Shown here piece by piece: positions 1 through 14,400 of a DNA stretch of 64,000 nt. This stretch comes from Bugula neritina (Eukaryota > Animalia > Bryozoa): contig OZ037771.1 in assembly GCA_964035545.1 (NCBI GenBank), positions 13,825,133 to 13,889,132 on the forward strand, read 5' to 3'. Made by a program: the position numbers and the translations under genes. The notes beneath the pieces were generated by a model. That model made no database searches and was not told where the DNA came from. It worked only from the letters and a program-made list of their open reading frames with translations. Every line of letters begins with the position of its first letter. The first letter of the stretch is position 1.

Positions 1-1052
1 ACTGACTTCTACAGAGGTTGGGAAGAGTATGTGGCTGGATTTGGGGATCTTCACGGGGAGTATTGGTTAGGTAAGAGAAAGATAAACATTCTGTGAATAT
101 ATTCACAGAATGTTGTATCGCTTGTATAGCTGTGAGAAGTTGCGCACAGATCTGGTATATAGTACTGTAACAACACAAATAATAGCTGGTCCTTAGAGTT
201 GGTTCTACCTTAATTTTTGGTCGTCTTTGATGCTTGACTATATATTTTCACTTTTAATTATTATGGCATGACATGAAAAATGCATATAATATTTCTGTTT
301 GGTGTATTATAGTTAAATTTAATACATTTAAAACAACAGAAGCTTAAATAAAAGCATTCGTGTCACATGAATAAATTATAAATCATTTGCCATTAAATTA
401 AGATGAAAAACCCAATAATTTATTGATTTTGAAAATAATTACATCAGTATATGCCACATTGAGTTTGTTTATACGCTATGCATACCAAGAAATTCAAAAA
501 AATATTTTTTTCAAAAGCTCATTATGTACATATGGATCAATAAATGCTTGAGATTAAAATAATATAAAAATTTTATTTTCTTTGGCTAATGGAGTCATAA
601 ATAAAACTGATCAATTTTTATTTTATTAGCTTTTCTCAAGACACAAAAGGGCTTATATATAGTAGCACGCTCCTTGTATGTGTCAAGAGAGCGAGAAAAA
701 TTCTGACGTTTCTATTAGCTGCGTCATGCAGTTGAAATCTAAATACTATACAAACTTTAAGCACAATATATAGTTGAAAATATATTTTATTGAAAGTCCG
801 CTTTCATGCAATCAATATGGTTTATAGACATCATTAGATTAACTGATACAGCTATGACCATATAATTCATAAATTGTATATAAAGTACAAAACATATTAT
901 ATCAATCAAATTAATTTATAAAACTATTTCCAAAAATTGTTTGTATGAATGGGCTTACAACTATGCCAAAACCGAATTCGGTTTCAATTTGTAATTATGA
1001 TGTATAGAAGCTATTAGACAAAAGTTAATTTATTGTGTTGTACAAATTCACA

Positions 1053-1118
<66 letters not shown>

Positions 1119-3545
1119 ACAGCTATACTGTACAATGAATTCCTCAAACAGGGCTAGACATTATCTACCACCTGACGTCGTTCAACTTCAATTTAAGTAT
1201 TTACATGGAAGATCATGATGGCGTCTCAAAAATGGCAAACTTTTCACTATTCAACATCGACGAAATTGACTACAACTTCACGGTTCAGGTATTGAATGCA
1301 CTTATAATTACTGTATAATTACTTTTCTATCTATAATTTGTATTTGTATAGCCATCATGTACTTCAATTATGAAAGTGAAAACTACTATATAATATACAG
1401 GCAGAAATAGTTATTATTGGCCATATAAAAGCTTCTTTTACCAATTAATAAAGAGATTGCATAACATTTCACCTTTGAGAAATTTTGCATAATATAAACT
1501 AGCTTAACATTAACTAAAAATTGTAAATTAATAAATTTTGCTTCTAAAAATAAAATACAAATCTTTGAATCGGCTCTCAAAATAGATACGCAGTAATTAT
1601 ACAAAAATTTGATCAAGTTTAAATATTTAAGTAACTGCATATTCACATCCCCAAATTAAACAAGTTATCAAAACAGAACTAAAAGTGTTGCTAAATAAAA
1701 AGTATAAGTAAAACCTGATAGCGCGATTTGCAGCTGCATTCAAGAATAGCTATAAGTGTATAATATTTATATATAATATGATATTATAATATATTATATT
1801 ATATTTTATTATACTATACTATAATATTATATTATACTATATTATATTATATCATATTATATTATATTATATTATATTACATTATATAATATTATACTAC
1901 ATCATATTATATTATATTGTATTATATTATACCATACTATAATGTATTATATTATACTATACTATATTATAATATTATAATTTATTATATTATATTATGT
2001 TATGTTATGGTATATAGGCATATTATATTGTATATTATATTACTTAACAAGTTATGACTGAAAAATAAATAACATTTAAACCCTAAAGTTTGTCAAAATG
2101 ATTTGTGACAAAAATAGCTTATATAAAAAGCACTAAAATATTTCAAGAGTTTATATTCTTTGTCAGGTAAACATTGGTGTGCGTCTAGTTTTCAGACTAC
2201 AGCGGTGATGTCCCTAACTCCATGAGTCAACCAGACACACCCTTTAGTACTTATGATAGAGATAATGACATATCTTCTTACAACTGTGCACAGAATCTCA
2301 CCAGTAAGTATTATTATGATATAATATTTATAACATATATATAATAATATAATCTATCATATATATTATATAATATAATTATTTGAACTTACAGCATACT
2401 ATATATTTTTGATTTTGGGAGTTTTATATTTCACTTTTTATAATGAGCTTTTTTAATAAGCCAGCAGTGAAAAAAAATTAATTGTTTATCTTTGCTTATT
2501 TTTTATGATGTTATTAAATGTTTCAACAATATTTCTTTTAAGTTTTCTTCAAGTTTTAACATTTGAATATAATATAAGTAAATGAGAGTTGCATATTCAA
2601 TGCATTTATAGCAAATAACAGAATGTAATATGTTTGTTTGTGTAAATTTAATGAGCTTCCATTTATGATCCAACTGTTCACTTCTGCAGGTCTCTGTAGT
2701 TATAGGTTGTTGGTAATCTCATATCACGATTATCACAAAATATAGGGGAAAAGGGGTTAGCTTAACTAAAAACTCTTTTTTCCATCAGGGACTGTCACAG
2801 GGATAAAAACTTACATAATTTAAACTGCTATATATTATAGCATGAGATCTCTTCATACAAACATCAAACAAGTGTTTTACTTGGACATGCATTATAGTGA
2901 GGTGTGCTGTATATAGTTGATTCAGTGCATTTGGAAAGAGTTTTGTATTACAGATTGTGCCACTTAATTTCTGAAGTTTAGATCTAGTTTTGACAGTTCA
3001 CCTACATTACCTGTATCTTGCATGCGTTTTCATCAGCATTTCACTCATATAAACACAAATTACATATTTTTTTGGTTAATTTTATTTAAAGCATAGAAAA
3101 TTGTTAAAAACATTTTTATATGATATACAGGTTCGAGCTCTTGCAAGTGTTTACTTTCATATTAAACAAATGCCTTATATTGTCTATTTCTTTTAAATGT
3201 TGACTTTATGCTTTTTGTTTACTTGGCATTGCATTCTATATATAATCTTTTACGATATACGCTATATAATATTTATCTGATATGGCAATAATTGCTGTGC
3301 TACTTTGAATGCATGTTATTGGTGACGTGTTACTTGATCACGTGTTATTGACACCTCAAACAGGTGGTTGGTGGTTTGAAAGCTGTTACTCCGATGAGTC
3401 AAGTCACCTGAGCAACCTGAATGGCCTGTGGTACCCTAAGAGTGAGGCAGAAAACGCACCAGCTGGAGCCGGAATCGTCTGGAAGGGTTGGAGGGGATTG
3501 AAATATTCTCTCAGAGCTGTTAGGATGAGAGTTACTAGAACATAA
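1..3545 (+). CDS. Fibrinogen-related domain (FReD; ficolin/angiopoietin-like) protein, 3' part; gene starts upstream of the window
   Basis: Phase-compatible GT-AG exons <1-70, 1152-1288, 2189-2303, 3364-3545. They translate to TDFYRGWEEYVAGFGDLHGEYWLG / LDIIYHLT...FNIDE / FSTYDRDND..NCA / GWWFESC..SNLNG..GIVWKGWRG..YSLR, the hallmark FReD motifs. Confidence 0.93.
163..1054. mobile_element. Possible degenerate MITE in FReD intron
   Basis: Imperfect inverted ends (TACTGT..ACAACACAA near 163 versus its complement near 1030-1054), ending in a TA array. A separate 12-bp inverted pair lies at 124-135 and 1117-1128. Confidence 0.25.
1054..1115. repeat. (TA)n microsatellite
   Basis: About 30 perfect TA units. 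Confidence 0.95.
1765..2042. repeat. Degenerate (ATATT)n pentanucleotide repeat
   Basis: Repeated ATATT/ATACT units in a FReD intron. Confidence 0.85.
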
Positions 3546-4312
3546 AGATCTCTAATTGGATACAATATGTATGAGCGGCACCAGAACATGGCAATCCGTA
3601 ATTATATATACAATTTAGTTATATATATATATATATAACTTTTTCTGTAACAGTAATATAAGTTTTTTTTGTGCTTTTAATGAACAGTCTAAAAAATTGA
3701 ATGAAACACACTTAACAGCAGTGCCGATCTGTTTCATATATACTGTAATATCAAGTAGAAATATAAGATGTTACATCATATATATGTTGTTGAAGTCTTT
3801 TATGTTGTGTCATATATAAGAAAGCATGCTAAAATAAGCTGTATGTTTCATGTTTATTTATATATTGGTAAAATAAAATAAATGTTATGAAGAAAAATCT
3901 ACACGGTGATTTAGTAACATGCACAGCATGAAAACACGTTACAACGAGCTCTACAAATATTGCAATATCTAACTGTGGTTGTATCAATAGAGTAACTAAT
4001 TGCGGATCAATGCTAATATCAATGAGATGAATAAGTATGAACAGAATGAAACTAAATATTCCGGGAAGACAATTTCTAATCGAAAGTAAATTTTGAAAAT
4101 AATATAGAAAGTTTTGGGTATTATATTTACAGAGTAAATAGTTTTAAAAAGATAACCTGAGCTTGGATTTTATAAGTACAACTAACCACAGCTGAATACA
4201 GTTGCTTAGTAACCACAGGAAACCACTCAATCTAATCTATTTTATTTATATTTATATTGCCTCTACCCTGAAGCTTGAATAAACAGAAATTATTTGCCCC
4301 AAAAGAATAAAG

Positions 4313-5824
4313 TTAGATCGCCCAATCCTCGCACTCTTCTATTTTCACTACGCTAGCAGACGCAGTTCGTCTCATTCTCAGTTCCGCGTCAGGGATAACT
4401 CCGACACTTCGACTTCGTACAAGTTTCTTATCAATATGAGCAGGTATGTGAGTTGTGACTACACGATTCACACCGGAGTACCGGTGAGAGTAATTTGATG
4501 TCTGACTGTCATGCCTCTGGCGGTATATCGTCGCTGTCGACTGCATTCGCTGCCGATTTCTAATGTCAGCAATTTTACTGTGATGACTGTCTCTGTACGC
4601 TGGTAAGATCCGAGCTTGTAGTTTTGATGGGTTGAGAGTGTTTGTTGAATAACCGGACAAATATTCTGGACCCGTGCTTACTTTGTTGATATTCGGCGGC
4701 AGTGTTGCACTCCTCGTTATGTTACCTGCGTAGTATGTTCCAGGGGAAGATAATTCTTTATCACTCTGTAACAAGGCACAGACATAGTTAGTCATTGCTT
4801 ATTTAAAGATAAAAGCTCATTTTTTAATTATTAAGTTGTTTATCATCAGTTTCCATGAAGTAAGTGTGGCAGCCAATGAAACGCAGGCTGCACATTTGCT
4901 GCATGTTTGTCTGCTATATAAATAGGTAAACCTATGTAGTTGAAACTTGATCTTTTTCAATTCTGTCAACATACAGTCAATACCCTTGGAATAGTCAATA
5001 GTGTTGGGAAAATGCCAATACAGTCAAACGCAATGTTTTTGCATCAAAATAAATGTTGCTACAACAGCCAAAAATGAAGTTGCACACCAATGATCAAACT
5101 ATCACTTTTATTAAACACACAATTCCCTTCATTTATTTCAACATAGGTTTGATTTATATCAACTTAATTGTGAACACTGATGACACAGAATGGTATTTTA
5201 ATATCAGTCCCACCCCATTATTGTTGTTGCTGGGAGAATCTGCGGGTTGACTTTCAGAGTTGTCTGATTTTTCTTTGTTTGATTTTCTGTGAAGAATTGC
5301 TGATTTGAGTTTTTCCAATCTGGAGGATTGATTCGGTCTCTTACCATCTGACTTGATGGAATGTTTACTGCCTGCTGACCCTGAGTTCCCCATGTCAGCG
5401 GCAAGTTGTGATACGCTGTCTGTAACATATATATAGTGATGGTTGTGCTGCTACTGCTATTACTACTAGTACTGCCACTACGACTATAGCCACTATTACC
5501 ACCACTGTCACTACCACTACTAGTACTGCTACTACTACTACTACTATTACTACTGCCACTACTACTGCCACTACTACTGCCACTACTACTGCCACTGCTC
5601 CTGCTACTGCCGCTGCTGCTGCCGCTGCCGCTGCCGCTGCCGCTGCCGCTGCCGCTGCCGCTGCCGCTGCCGCTGCCGCTGCCGCTGCCGCTGCCGCTGC
5701 TGCTGCTGCTGCTGCTGCTACCACCACTACCACTACCACCACCACTACTACTACTACTACCACCACTACCACTACCACCACCACTACTACTACTATTACT
5801 ACTACTACTACTACCACCACTACC

Positions 5825-5856
<32 letters not shown>

Positions 5857-6206
5857 CACCACTACTATTACCACTACCACCACCACCACCACTACCACTA
5901 CCACCACCACTACCACCACCACCACCACCACCACTACTACTACAACTACTACTACTACTACTACTACTATACTACTACCACTACTACCACTACTACTACC
6001 GCTACCACTACCATGCAGTACCGCTACCACAACCACTACCACAACTACTACTAACCTGCTGATTCACAGTCACTGGCACTGTTTCGACCAGAGTCAGTCA
6101 AGGACTGGCTATCTGACTGACTCGTATCTTTTGAAGAAAGTTTTTGCCCTCCTTCGTCTTCGTTCTCCTTTCTGGAGCTCTGTGATTGACTGTCACACTG
6201 ATCCAA
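4313..6206 (-). CDS. Three exons encoding a Ser/Arg-rich low-complexity region; probable C-terminal tail of the DUSP-like gene, or a separate short gene
   Basis: Exons 6206-6056 (LDQCDSQSQSSRKENEDE..., ends phase 1), 5419-5214 (DSVSQLAADMGNSGS...NNNNG, ends phase 0) and 4765-4313 (SDKELSSPG...EECEDWAI*) join in frame with AG/GT ends. The first exon starts in phase 0, matching the donor at 19448 and the one at 15382. Confidence 0.75.
5440..6055. repeat. Compound trinucleotide repeat (CTA/CCA/CTG/CCG)n filling almost a whole intron
   Basis: Continuous triplet array from the donor at 6055 to about 20 bp before the acceptor at 5420. Confidence 0.95.
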
Positions 6207-7169
6207 CTATAAAAGAAGTTGACATTCACCAAATTGCATTTCAAAGTATTTGCATAAATTTGAATTTATTCCACTTTGTTACTGTAATGGTTTAGAAAGT
6301 GTTTTTAACTGGGATAATCTTCTAGGGTTTCAGATTGTCATTTGTAGATATATATTCTGACTAACAAAGCTATCCGTGTGACAAAAGTGGAGACTATTAT
6401 TTTAGCAAAAAACGTTTAAAATTGCACAGTTTTTTGTTAACATGCATGCATAGTTGATGTATAAAGAAATTTCATTAAAATTAATTTGTCCAGCACATGC
6501 AAGATAAATACATTGATTTGAAATATTTCCCCATTACTTAACAGCAACTCAAATTGAGCTTTCCACATCCTGCAGCAAACTGTCTCTAAACTTTAGAGAT
6601 TTTCAACTAATGGTGTGGCTTAGTGTATATCAGCAGGAAACATGTTTAAGAATCACCATTGTATAAAAAGAAACAATCAGTCTATCAATGTGCAGTTCTG
6701 TTACTGTGGTTTGGTTTATATACCATTTACTCAGCTTAAGTAGTGCAGTAATGGTAAAAGTCTGTGTTTTAGATTAGAAATGCAGCAAAAGAAGTTATGT
6801 TCCCAATTTCTCCACTACTGCTCCTAAATGTGTTCAAACTTTCATTTTACTTGAGAGTCAACATTTCCGTTTTACTCTGGCAGTTTTGCATTGTCTATGT
6901 TAGCTATGTGATGTATACTATGCTTGCAATGTGACCTTTTAACATTAGCTGCCTACCTGAGAGCTAACAAAAACAATGATGGCAGCAGCTAATGAAAGTG
7001 ATATTAGCTAGCAGCTGCCAATACCGCAGGCAGCAGCACATGATGCTTATATAACTAGTAAATTTGTTCTATCTTTGGTATTGGAATGCACTTTTGTAGC
7101 TCAACTACACAGCTGTACAAAGGTTAGACGTGAGGTTTCGGCTGAGTTTAGGTCTCTAGTTATTAGTAT

Positions 7170-7385
7170 GTAAGCTCACATAAGTTTATATAAGCCACCA
7201 TCTCTGTGAAAAACCCTGATGGAAAGGGTTTTTAAAGCAGGTTAAAAACTTATTCATATATTGTGGTACAGTAACAAGTATGAGTAGATCCTCTTCCTAG
7301 CATCACCAATAGTCTTTACTTGGGTTCAAACCCATGACCTTCAACTTTGACATGACTAACACTTACAAAGTTGACTATTAGATAT
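7170..7385 (-). mobile_element. tRNA-derived SINE, family A copy
   Basis: Reverse complement shares GGTGATG(T/C)TAGGAAG...AAAACCCTTTCCATCAGGG...TATAAACTT.TGTGAG with the copies at 22400, 50008 and 60113; B-box-like GGTTTGAACCC. Confidence 0.7.
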
Positions 7386-10300
7386 ACAATAATAACTAGT
7401 AAATAGTGCAATATACTCATAATTATTTAGATATATCTTTATCTTACTCATAATTATATATTACTATATTTTATGTTCCTTGTTACTCAACTATCACACA
7501 ATCAGTAGCCAATAGAAACACACCAATATATCACTTTCAACACTCCGGTTGTCATGACAACATCGTGTCCACAACAACCCTGGCAAGATACCAGAATGAC
7601 TCTCCCTAGGAAAGAACAATGTATACACAACGTGACATGTGACTTCTATACGCAACTATAAGGAAGTTGGTCATGAAAGTCTGTAATTCTGTCTCCATAA
7701 ATCAATTATATAACTTTTGTATGACAGCTGATTACGTAAAGCTCTAATAAATTTGAATCATTCTACAATGATCCATTCTCGTGATATTAGCCAATTGTAT
7801 GACGATTAATTCTAAAATTAGGCCTTTAAGGAGAGATAATTTGACAGATTCAGATAGTGTACTATTCTAACACACTATTAGCTCAGTTTTTCATGGTTTG
7901 TCACCAAAACTACAAACTAGAGATCAGAATCAACTATATAAACAATAAAAGTGCCGAGGTTGCAGAGACTATAGCAGTGATCAGGCTATACAGACCAGCT
8001 GCAAAACGACGCCAATTTTCACTTATAGCTTAAACTCCCAGTAATAGATAAAAATTTGCTTGATGCAGCTTTGCCCATTTGAGAACATTTCATAACTTGG
8101 CTTTTTAAAACAGACAAATAAGTGTCAGACCTGATTATAGTCTGCAGTAGCAAATTGCATAAAGGAATAGTACAAGATAACTCTATAGCTGGCTAGAACT
8201 TTGTTGTATAATGATTAGGGATGCCTGTACATGATTACAATACAAAATAGCTGAAAAACTTCAGTTTAAAAAGTACATCCTCCTATGAGAAATGGGCAGA
8301 AAATCTTATTATGCACACGCCGTCAATCTGAACCTTGCATTTAGCAATTCATTAGTAGCTTGTGGAGCTTGCTGTAGCTGTATACATCTATATATAGCTA
8401 CAGTCGCAGCCATAGATTAATTTCTATTTTATGGAAGATGATAATAGAGGCACGCTATTAACTTCTTCCAATAGTTCCCAGGATTCTGGGCTACAGTATA
8501 GACATATTTATTACGGTACAACAATGTTTACAAACAAACCTATTCTGTTTACTTTGATGGCAACTCAAAGATCTCTTTTATGATAAACAAACAACATAAC
8601 CAGAAAAACCAATACTCTACATAGTAGATGGAAAAACAGTTACAGTTGCAAATGGCCATAGAATCGTCAGTATTATACATTGCCTAGAGGAATGCGTGAG
8701 TCATCAAACTATCTATATATGTTTTAATAAATAATAAATATCAATAACAAATATAGATACTTATGCATTGAGGGTTACTCAGCAAAAAATGTAAACATTT
8801 TTTCGTGATGCTATGAGTCATGAATGCATATCTTTCTAAGATGATAAAAACGCAAATTTTATGTTTAAAAGAAGATGTTTCATCATAAAAATGTTCATCT
8901 ATTTGTTGATAGCCAGGCATCAAAGAAATATCATTTCACGTGGGAGTCCAGCAAATTGATTGTGATTCATTCAGATTGCCAGGAATAAGGTTTAACCTCA
9001 AATTAATTTGTCTGTGCCAGGTGCAAATCTAATCCTTATAGTATCTATTGCTACAGTAATTTACATATTTTAATATGGACTACCAGCATAACTAAATACA
9101 GTATATTTATCACAATGAATAATTTACAATGAATACTAATTAGATAGTCGTACGTACTCAGTAAACGCATCAAGCAGATAGTTATACAACTCTAACCAGT
9201 CTCAACTTAACTCTCCGTCATATTTATAAAACTCTGATTTATATGGAAGTCTCAGCTATTTTGCAACGGATTTCAATTGTCATATTATGCAATAACTTAA
9301 ACTGTGTGCCAAAAGGTTAGCAATTACCATTGCAATGTTTAGCTAGGGACATTTAATAATACTTTATAAAACCATTTTCATGATTTTAAGATTATAAAGT
9401 GATATTTGAGTTCATGTAAAGATTCCTGCATATATACCTTTAGGTAAACCACGCAATTTAGGTTTAATACCCTAACTAGGAAATATTATGACTAGCATAC
9501 ATTGCTCTGAACATAGCTGGTAGAGTCTATAAAAACTTTTACTGTAGGGAGAAAATTCAAACTTTTTCTTTAGGATTTGAAACAAGATGCAACTCTCTGC
9601 TCATATAACGTAATTCTTAAATGCCAAGTATGATTATCCCAACAGCTTAATGCACAACTTGTGACGTACTCAACCTACACTTTGCACATCAGAAATGTTA
9701 TCTGAAGAAGCTGACCATGTGTTCGCTGACTTTCACTAACTCAAACTGACAGCAAAATGAGTAATGAGTATTAGCATGGAAAGGCCATTACATTACTACT
9801 GCTGTTGTGTGAATTTATGAATGACTATATAAACCATCTGAGCTTCATAGCTTTGGGTGACTTTGAGTCAGTCTAGCTTACTAAGTACTATCAGTGATAG
9901 TTTATGACTGACTACCTAGTAGTTTCACTAAACTGTCAGTTGGTAAAATACAATCTTACAACTAGTAACTTCGATAACAGGAGGTGAGAAAACTTAGTAG
10001 GGCTCTTCCCAACATAACAATTTATTACAATATTATAATTGTAAGCCATTACATGCTCAAGTTAGAAAGATTATTATAATTACTATAACCCGTTAGTAAA
10101 GGCCTTCATGTAAATGAATGTCATAAGAAATGGACAACTGAAGAACCGGAGAACTCGAACAGCCGAAGTTTTAACATTCCTTGTTTAATTTTCATGAAAA
10201 GCATAACTCAACATTTTCTAGTGAAAATTTTTACCAAATGCAATATTTTGTAAATTTTTGACGCACATTTTCGATGAACGCCTAATCATAAAACTGTGAA

Positions 10301-11307
10301 CTTGTTCTAGCTAACTGACACATAAAATATTTTGGTCGTGGAAAGAGAAATTAAATTTCAACTCCAACATAAAATTGAATCTTGAATAAAGCCAAATTAT
10401 CCACTTCTTTGAAAACTTTCTAAAAGTTTGACACATCTTAGGTTGAGGTAGTTAGCAAGGAAAATCCTCATCTTGAACACAAAGGAGAAACATTTCACAG
10501 GATACAAAGTAATGAAGAAGATTAACCACTAATAAAAAGACTTTGACAAAGATTAGGCAGCTGCCGAAGCCACAAGGACTCAATCAGGCAGCACTAATTA
10601 AGTTCTAATTACTAATTAGTCATGGTTAGAAGCTCCATTTCTATAATTGCACTTGAAAACACTGGACTGGGAAACAAAATGCATTATTCATCTCCCAATG
10701 GTACAATTATGTTATTAAGATATTATTCTAAACAAGTAGATATGATATTCATATAGCAAATACAATATCACTATACGTAGTTGTGTGTTAAATAGGAGCA
10801 AACTGTATTCCCATCTCAATTCTGCTCTCAAGTCTAAAGATCTGTATATTTGGTAGGCAAACGATACAAATCCCATGAAATTTAGCATATTATGGTAAAC
10901 TAGAAATAATCTAGTAACAGTGGTATCTATAATGCTATAATTGTAATAATGGTATATACTGTTTTTTATATTATTTTCTACATTACGTACTGGACCTATA
11001 TTAATAATAAGTGAATTTAAACACAAAACTAGGTTTCTGCTGTTTCAGATTAGTAGTACCTAAAAGCATGGCCTAATAATTTAGTTTAATTGATATAATT
11101 AAGACTTACTTTTAAAAATAAAACTTCAATTTGACGTCCAGTTTTCTTTTTACAAAAAAGTAATAAAAACAAAATCAAAAATCTCTCGAGGAATAACTAT
11201 AAGAACTACTACATAATTTTATTGAAGCAAATAATTAATAAAGACGAAACCTGAAAGATAACCTACTATGTGATACTCAGATTTGCTAAACAGAATGGGG
11301 TGTAGTT

Positions 11308-11433
11308 AGTAAAATATACTCACAGTTGTAACAGTAGTTAGTAAAATATACTCACAGTTGTACCAGTAACTAGTAAAATATACTCACAGTTGTAACAGTA
11401 ACTAGTAAAATATGCTCACAGTTGTAACAGTAG
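11308..11433. repeat. 32-bp minisatellite, 4 copies
   Basis: Unit AGTAAAATATACTCACAGTTGTAACAGTAGTT at 11308, 11340, 11372 and 11404. Confidence 0.92.
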
Positions 11434-14400
11434 CAGATGGAGGTTTGAAGAGCAACTGACAACTACTTCAACTGCACTAAATATCTGTTTATTCGACTGG
11501 AATACAACTACAGTATATCCCCTATTTAATGCCAGCTTATTTGAAAAGTTGCGTGCAACCAAGCACGTAGAACTACATCAATAAAAGCTGATTATATGAA
11601 GATATACAAATTTTAGCTGCAATCCCAAGTGAAAAAGATAGAATTTTAGCATGCTTTAGTAATTTTACCCAATATTATTCTGCCATCTAAATAGAAGATG
11701 ACAGCTACGACAGAAGCAAGGAAGTGTTGAAGTCTTGCTGGGGTGTGTTGTTGGGAAGCTCTGTGAAACAATCAATTAAGTTTATGAATGAAGGGGTGGA
11801 CGTCATATAACTTTGCAGGCCAGTTTACAGTTCAAGTAGGATTATCAGTGTGAGTTACAGGGATTAGAAAGGATTAACTTGTACAGATGTGAGATCTACC
11901 AGCACTGTAGCACGTTGATCTGACATGATAAGTTACTCTTCTATTAGGTGCTAATATAATGGCTGGTTGCCTTCCCCCCTCCCTCTCCCCCCCCCTCCAT
12001 AAGAACAAAAATCTGAGTAAAAATCCAACAACCAAAAGAAGTGTTTTGTAAATATTTTCAATTACTTCAAGTTACTCCCAAGTCTACTCAAGTGGATAAT
12101 AAGCCACCTCAGGTGTATATACTCTATCACAGGTCACCTTAGCTATTTCTAGCTTGGTATAACCTTATTGTAACCCTATAGCTTCTGCTCATGCACATGT
12201 GAAAGTAGGAGGCTGTCATATTGTCTGGGAGACAGTCTTTAAAAAGGATGAGCCTTTCTGTAGTCTAAGGTATTAGTTAAATATAGATACATTTACATCT
12301 CTTAGTGCTGACTTTACAATAAGCTGTATTTACTACGTACCAAGTAACCAGTGTGCTTAAATTCCTCCATTATTTACCTACTGCTGCTACTATACTATGA
12401 AAACATAATGAGGTATGAAAATTTACAGCTCCACTTTCAAAAGCCGCACTTGAAAATCTAGGAGTCTAGGAGTTTGCCCTTCCTCTGATTGGGCGTTTAA
12501 TCCATCATGATATATGATGTATTATCTGCTATAATCATTAGACTAAGTTTATATCAAGGACCTAATTTCCTACACATTAAAGAACTCTGTCTACAATCTA
12601 AGTGATGATATTATTATACATATTAAGTGAAGCTATAATAACATGTTAACTAATTTATAATTTTCAAGTAGCAAAAAGAAAGCGTTAGATTCATGCTGTT
12701 TTATAAATTAGATTTTAAGCACCGTATATTATATACATATCTTCCACAATGCCTAAACATTACGATATACAAGCTATGGGGTTTCTATAGCAACGGTTAT
12801 TACACTTCCTGTAACTAGCCACTTAGCAACTAAATGAAATGTTGGTTTTTAAGTATAGTTACCTAATTTATTAGATTACCCTGCTTGTCCTAGCATACTA
12901 TATCTACAGGTTACTAACTTGCTGAGACAAAATGGTGTCTAACTATACCTGTAATTCTTGACTGTAATCCATTATGACTAACAAAATATTGTTCAAACCA
13001 TCAATAGAAGTCTAACTTGTTTTTAACTGACTGTACAGCTATACTCTTAGACTAAAGATGCAAGAGTGAGAAACTCAAGGAGTGGAGTAAACAGAGCATA
13101 ATTTTCTCTAATAAGGCACAGCTATGCCCTTCTAGCCCGTTAGTTAGAATCTAATTTAGTGACGCAAAACTTATCAGTGTGAGAAATTAGCTGCTATTTA
13201 CAATGTGCCTACCCGATCAACCCTATTGTAATTGTGTAACTGAAACACTAAAACATGTAGTTGTCCGGCACAGCTGCAAACAGCCATTGTTCGCATCATG
13301 CAACTTGCATGCACCCAGTCAATGTGGAATTACACAATGTTGATATGAGAGTCTAAAGAACTAACGGAGCTAAACAAATTATCTGCTGAAGCTGAAGCTA
13401 CTATTAGGGTTTATGCATGCATTTCAAATTTAATTAATAGAGTGAAACTTGAATAAGTATAAATCTTAATCAATTTAAGATATACCTGAACTTTATAAAA
13501 GAATAAAAATGAGTAATTATCCCCCCATAGTATAACTAAGTGCTAGAATTAACACATTTCAATTTTGTGTTGCAATTTTTTACTATTTGTTTTAGTTAAT
13601 CAGTTGTTTTAATCTATTTCATGTGTTGCACAACCTACGCTGCCAGGGGCTACTAGGGGGCTGCCAGGGGGTGTCCATGGTTATTTGGGTAACATTATCA
13701 TTAACTCAGTTGATAAATTATAAAATGTCAAGAAAGTTGGCAGGTGAGTTTGAAATTTGACTCTAAATGTGCTTTGACATTACTGGAGGGCAATTAAAAT
13801 AGCTATATAGAGATAGGAAGAGGATTGAGAGATATGTATATGCGATATATAAGTTACACTGACGTTCTTATGCAATATATAAATACTACAGAAATTTATA
13901 TAATCAAGTTGTTTATAGACTGGTTGGCTAGTCAAAAACATCACTAGGTTACTGTTATTGAATTATACTGCAATTGTCATTACTATGAATTTTACTATAA
14001 CTACGTACTACTACTATTAGTATTGCTACTACAAATATTATAACCATGGTACTGTTACTATTAGTATTACAATTACAATTATTAATATAATATACTTTTA
14101 CTATTAGCATGTTAATGTTTCTATCATCACCATTACTATTACAGTATTACTATTTCTATTATTACTATTATTACCAGTACTTTGCAACTATAATACAGCT
14201 ATAATATTATATAATACCAATACACTTTTGCTATATAAATACTCAGTTATTGCTGCATATCACTATACTATTCATTATATAACAACTAAATAATTTGAAA
14301 GAATCATACCTATAAGCATGCATGGAAGATGTGCATTTTTTATTTCCAGGGCTCAACTGATAAGCAAATAATTGAGTTGCATAAAATATTGCTAAACTGC

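Noticed and set aside
5154-5393. MGNSGS... ORF as an independent single-exon gene
   Set aside because: It lies within an exon (5419-5214) that is in phase with the upstream exon 6206-6056 and the downstream exon 4765-4313.
5395-6042. 215-aa poly-Val/poly-Ala ORF
   Set aside because: Translation of an intronic triplet repeat bounded by a donor (6055) and an acceptor (5420).
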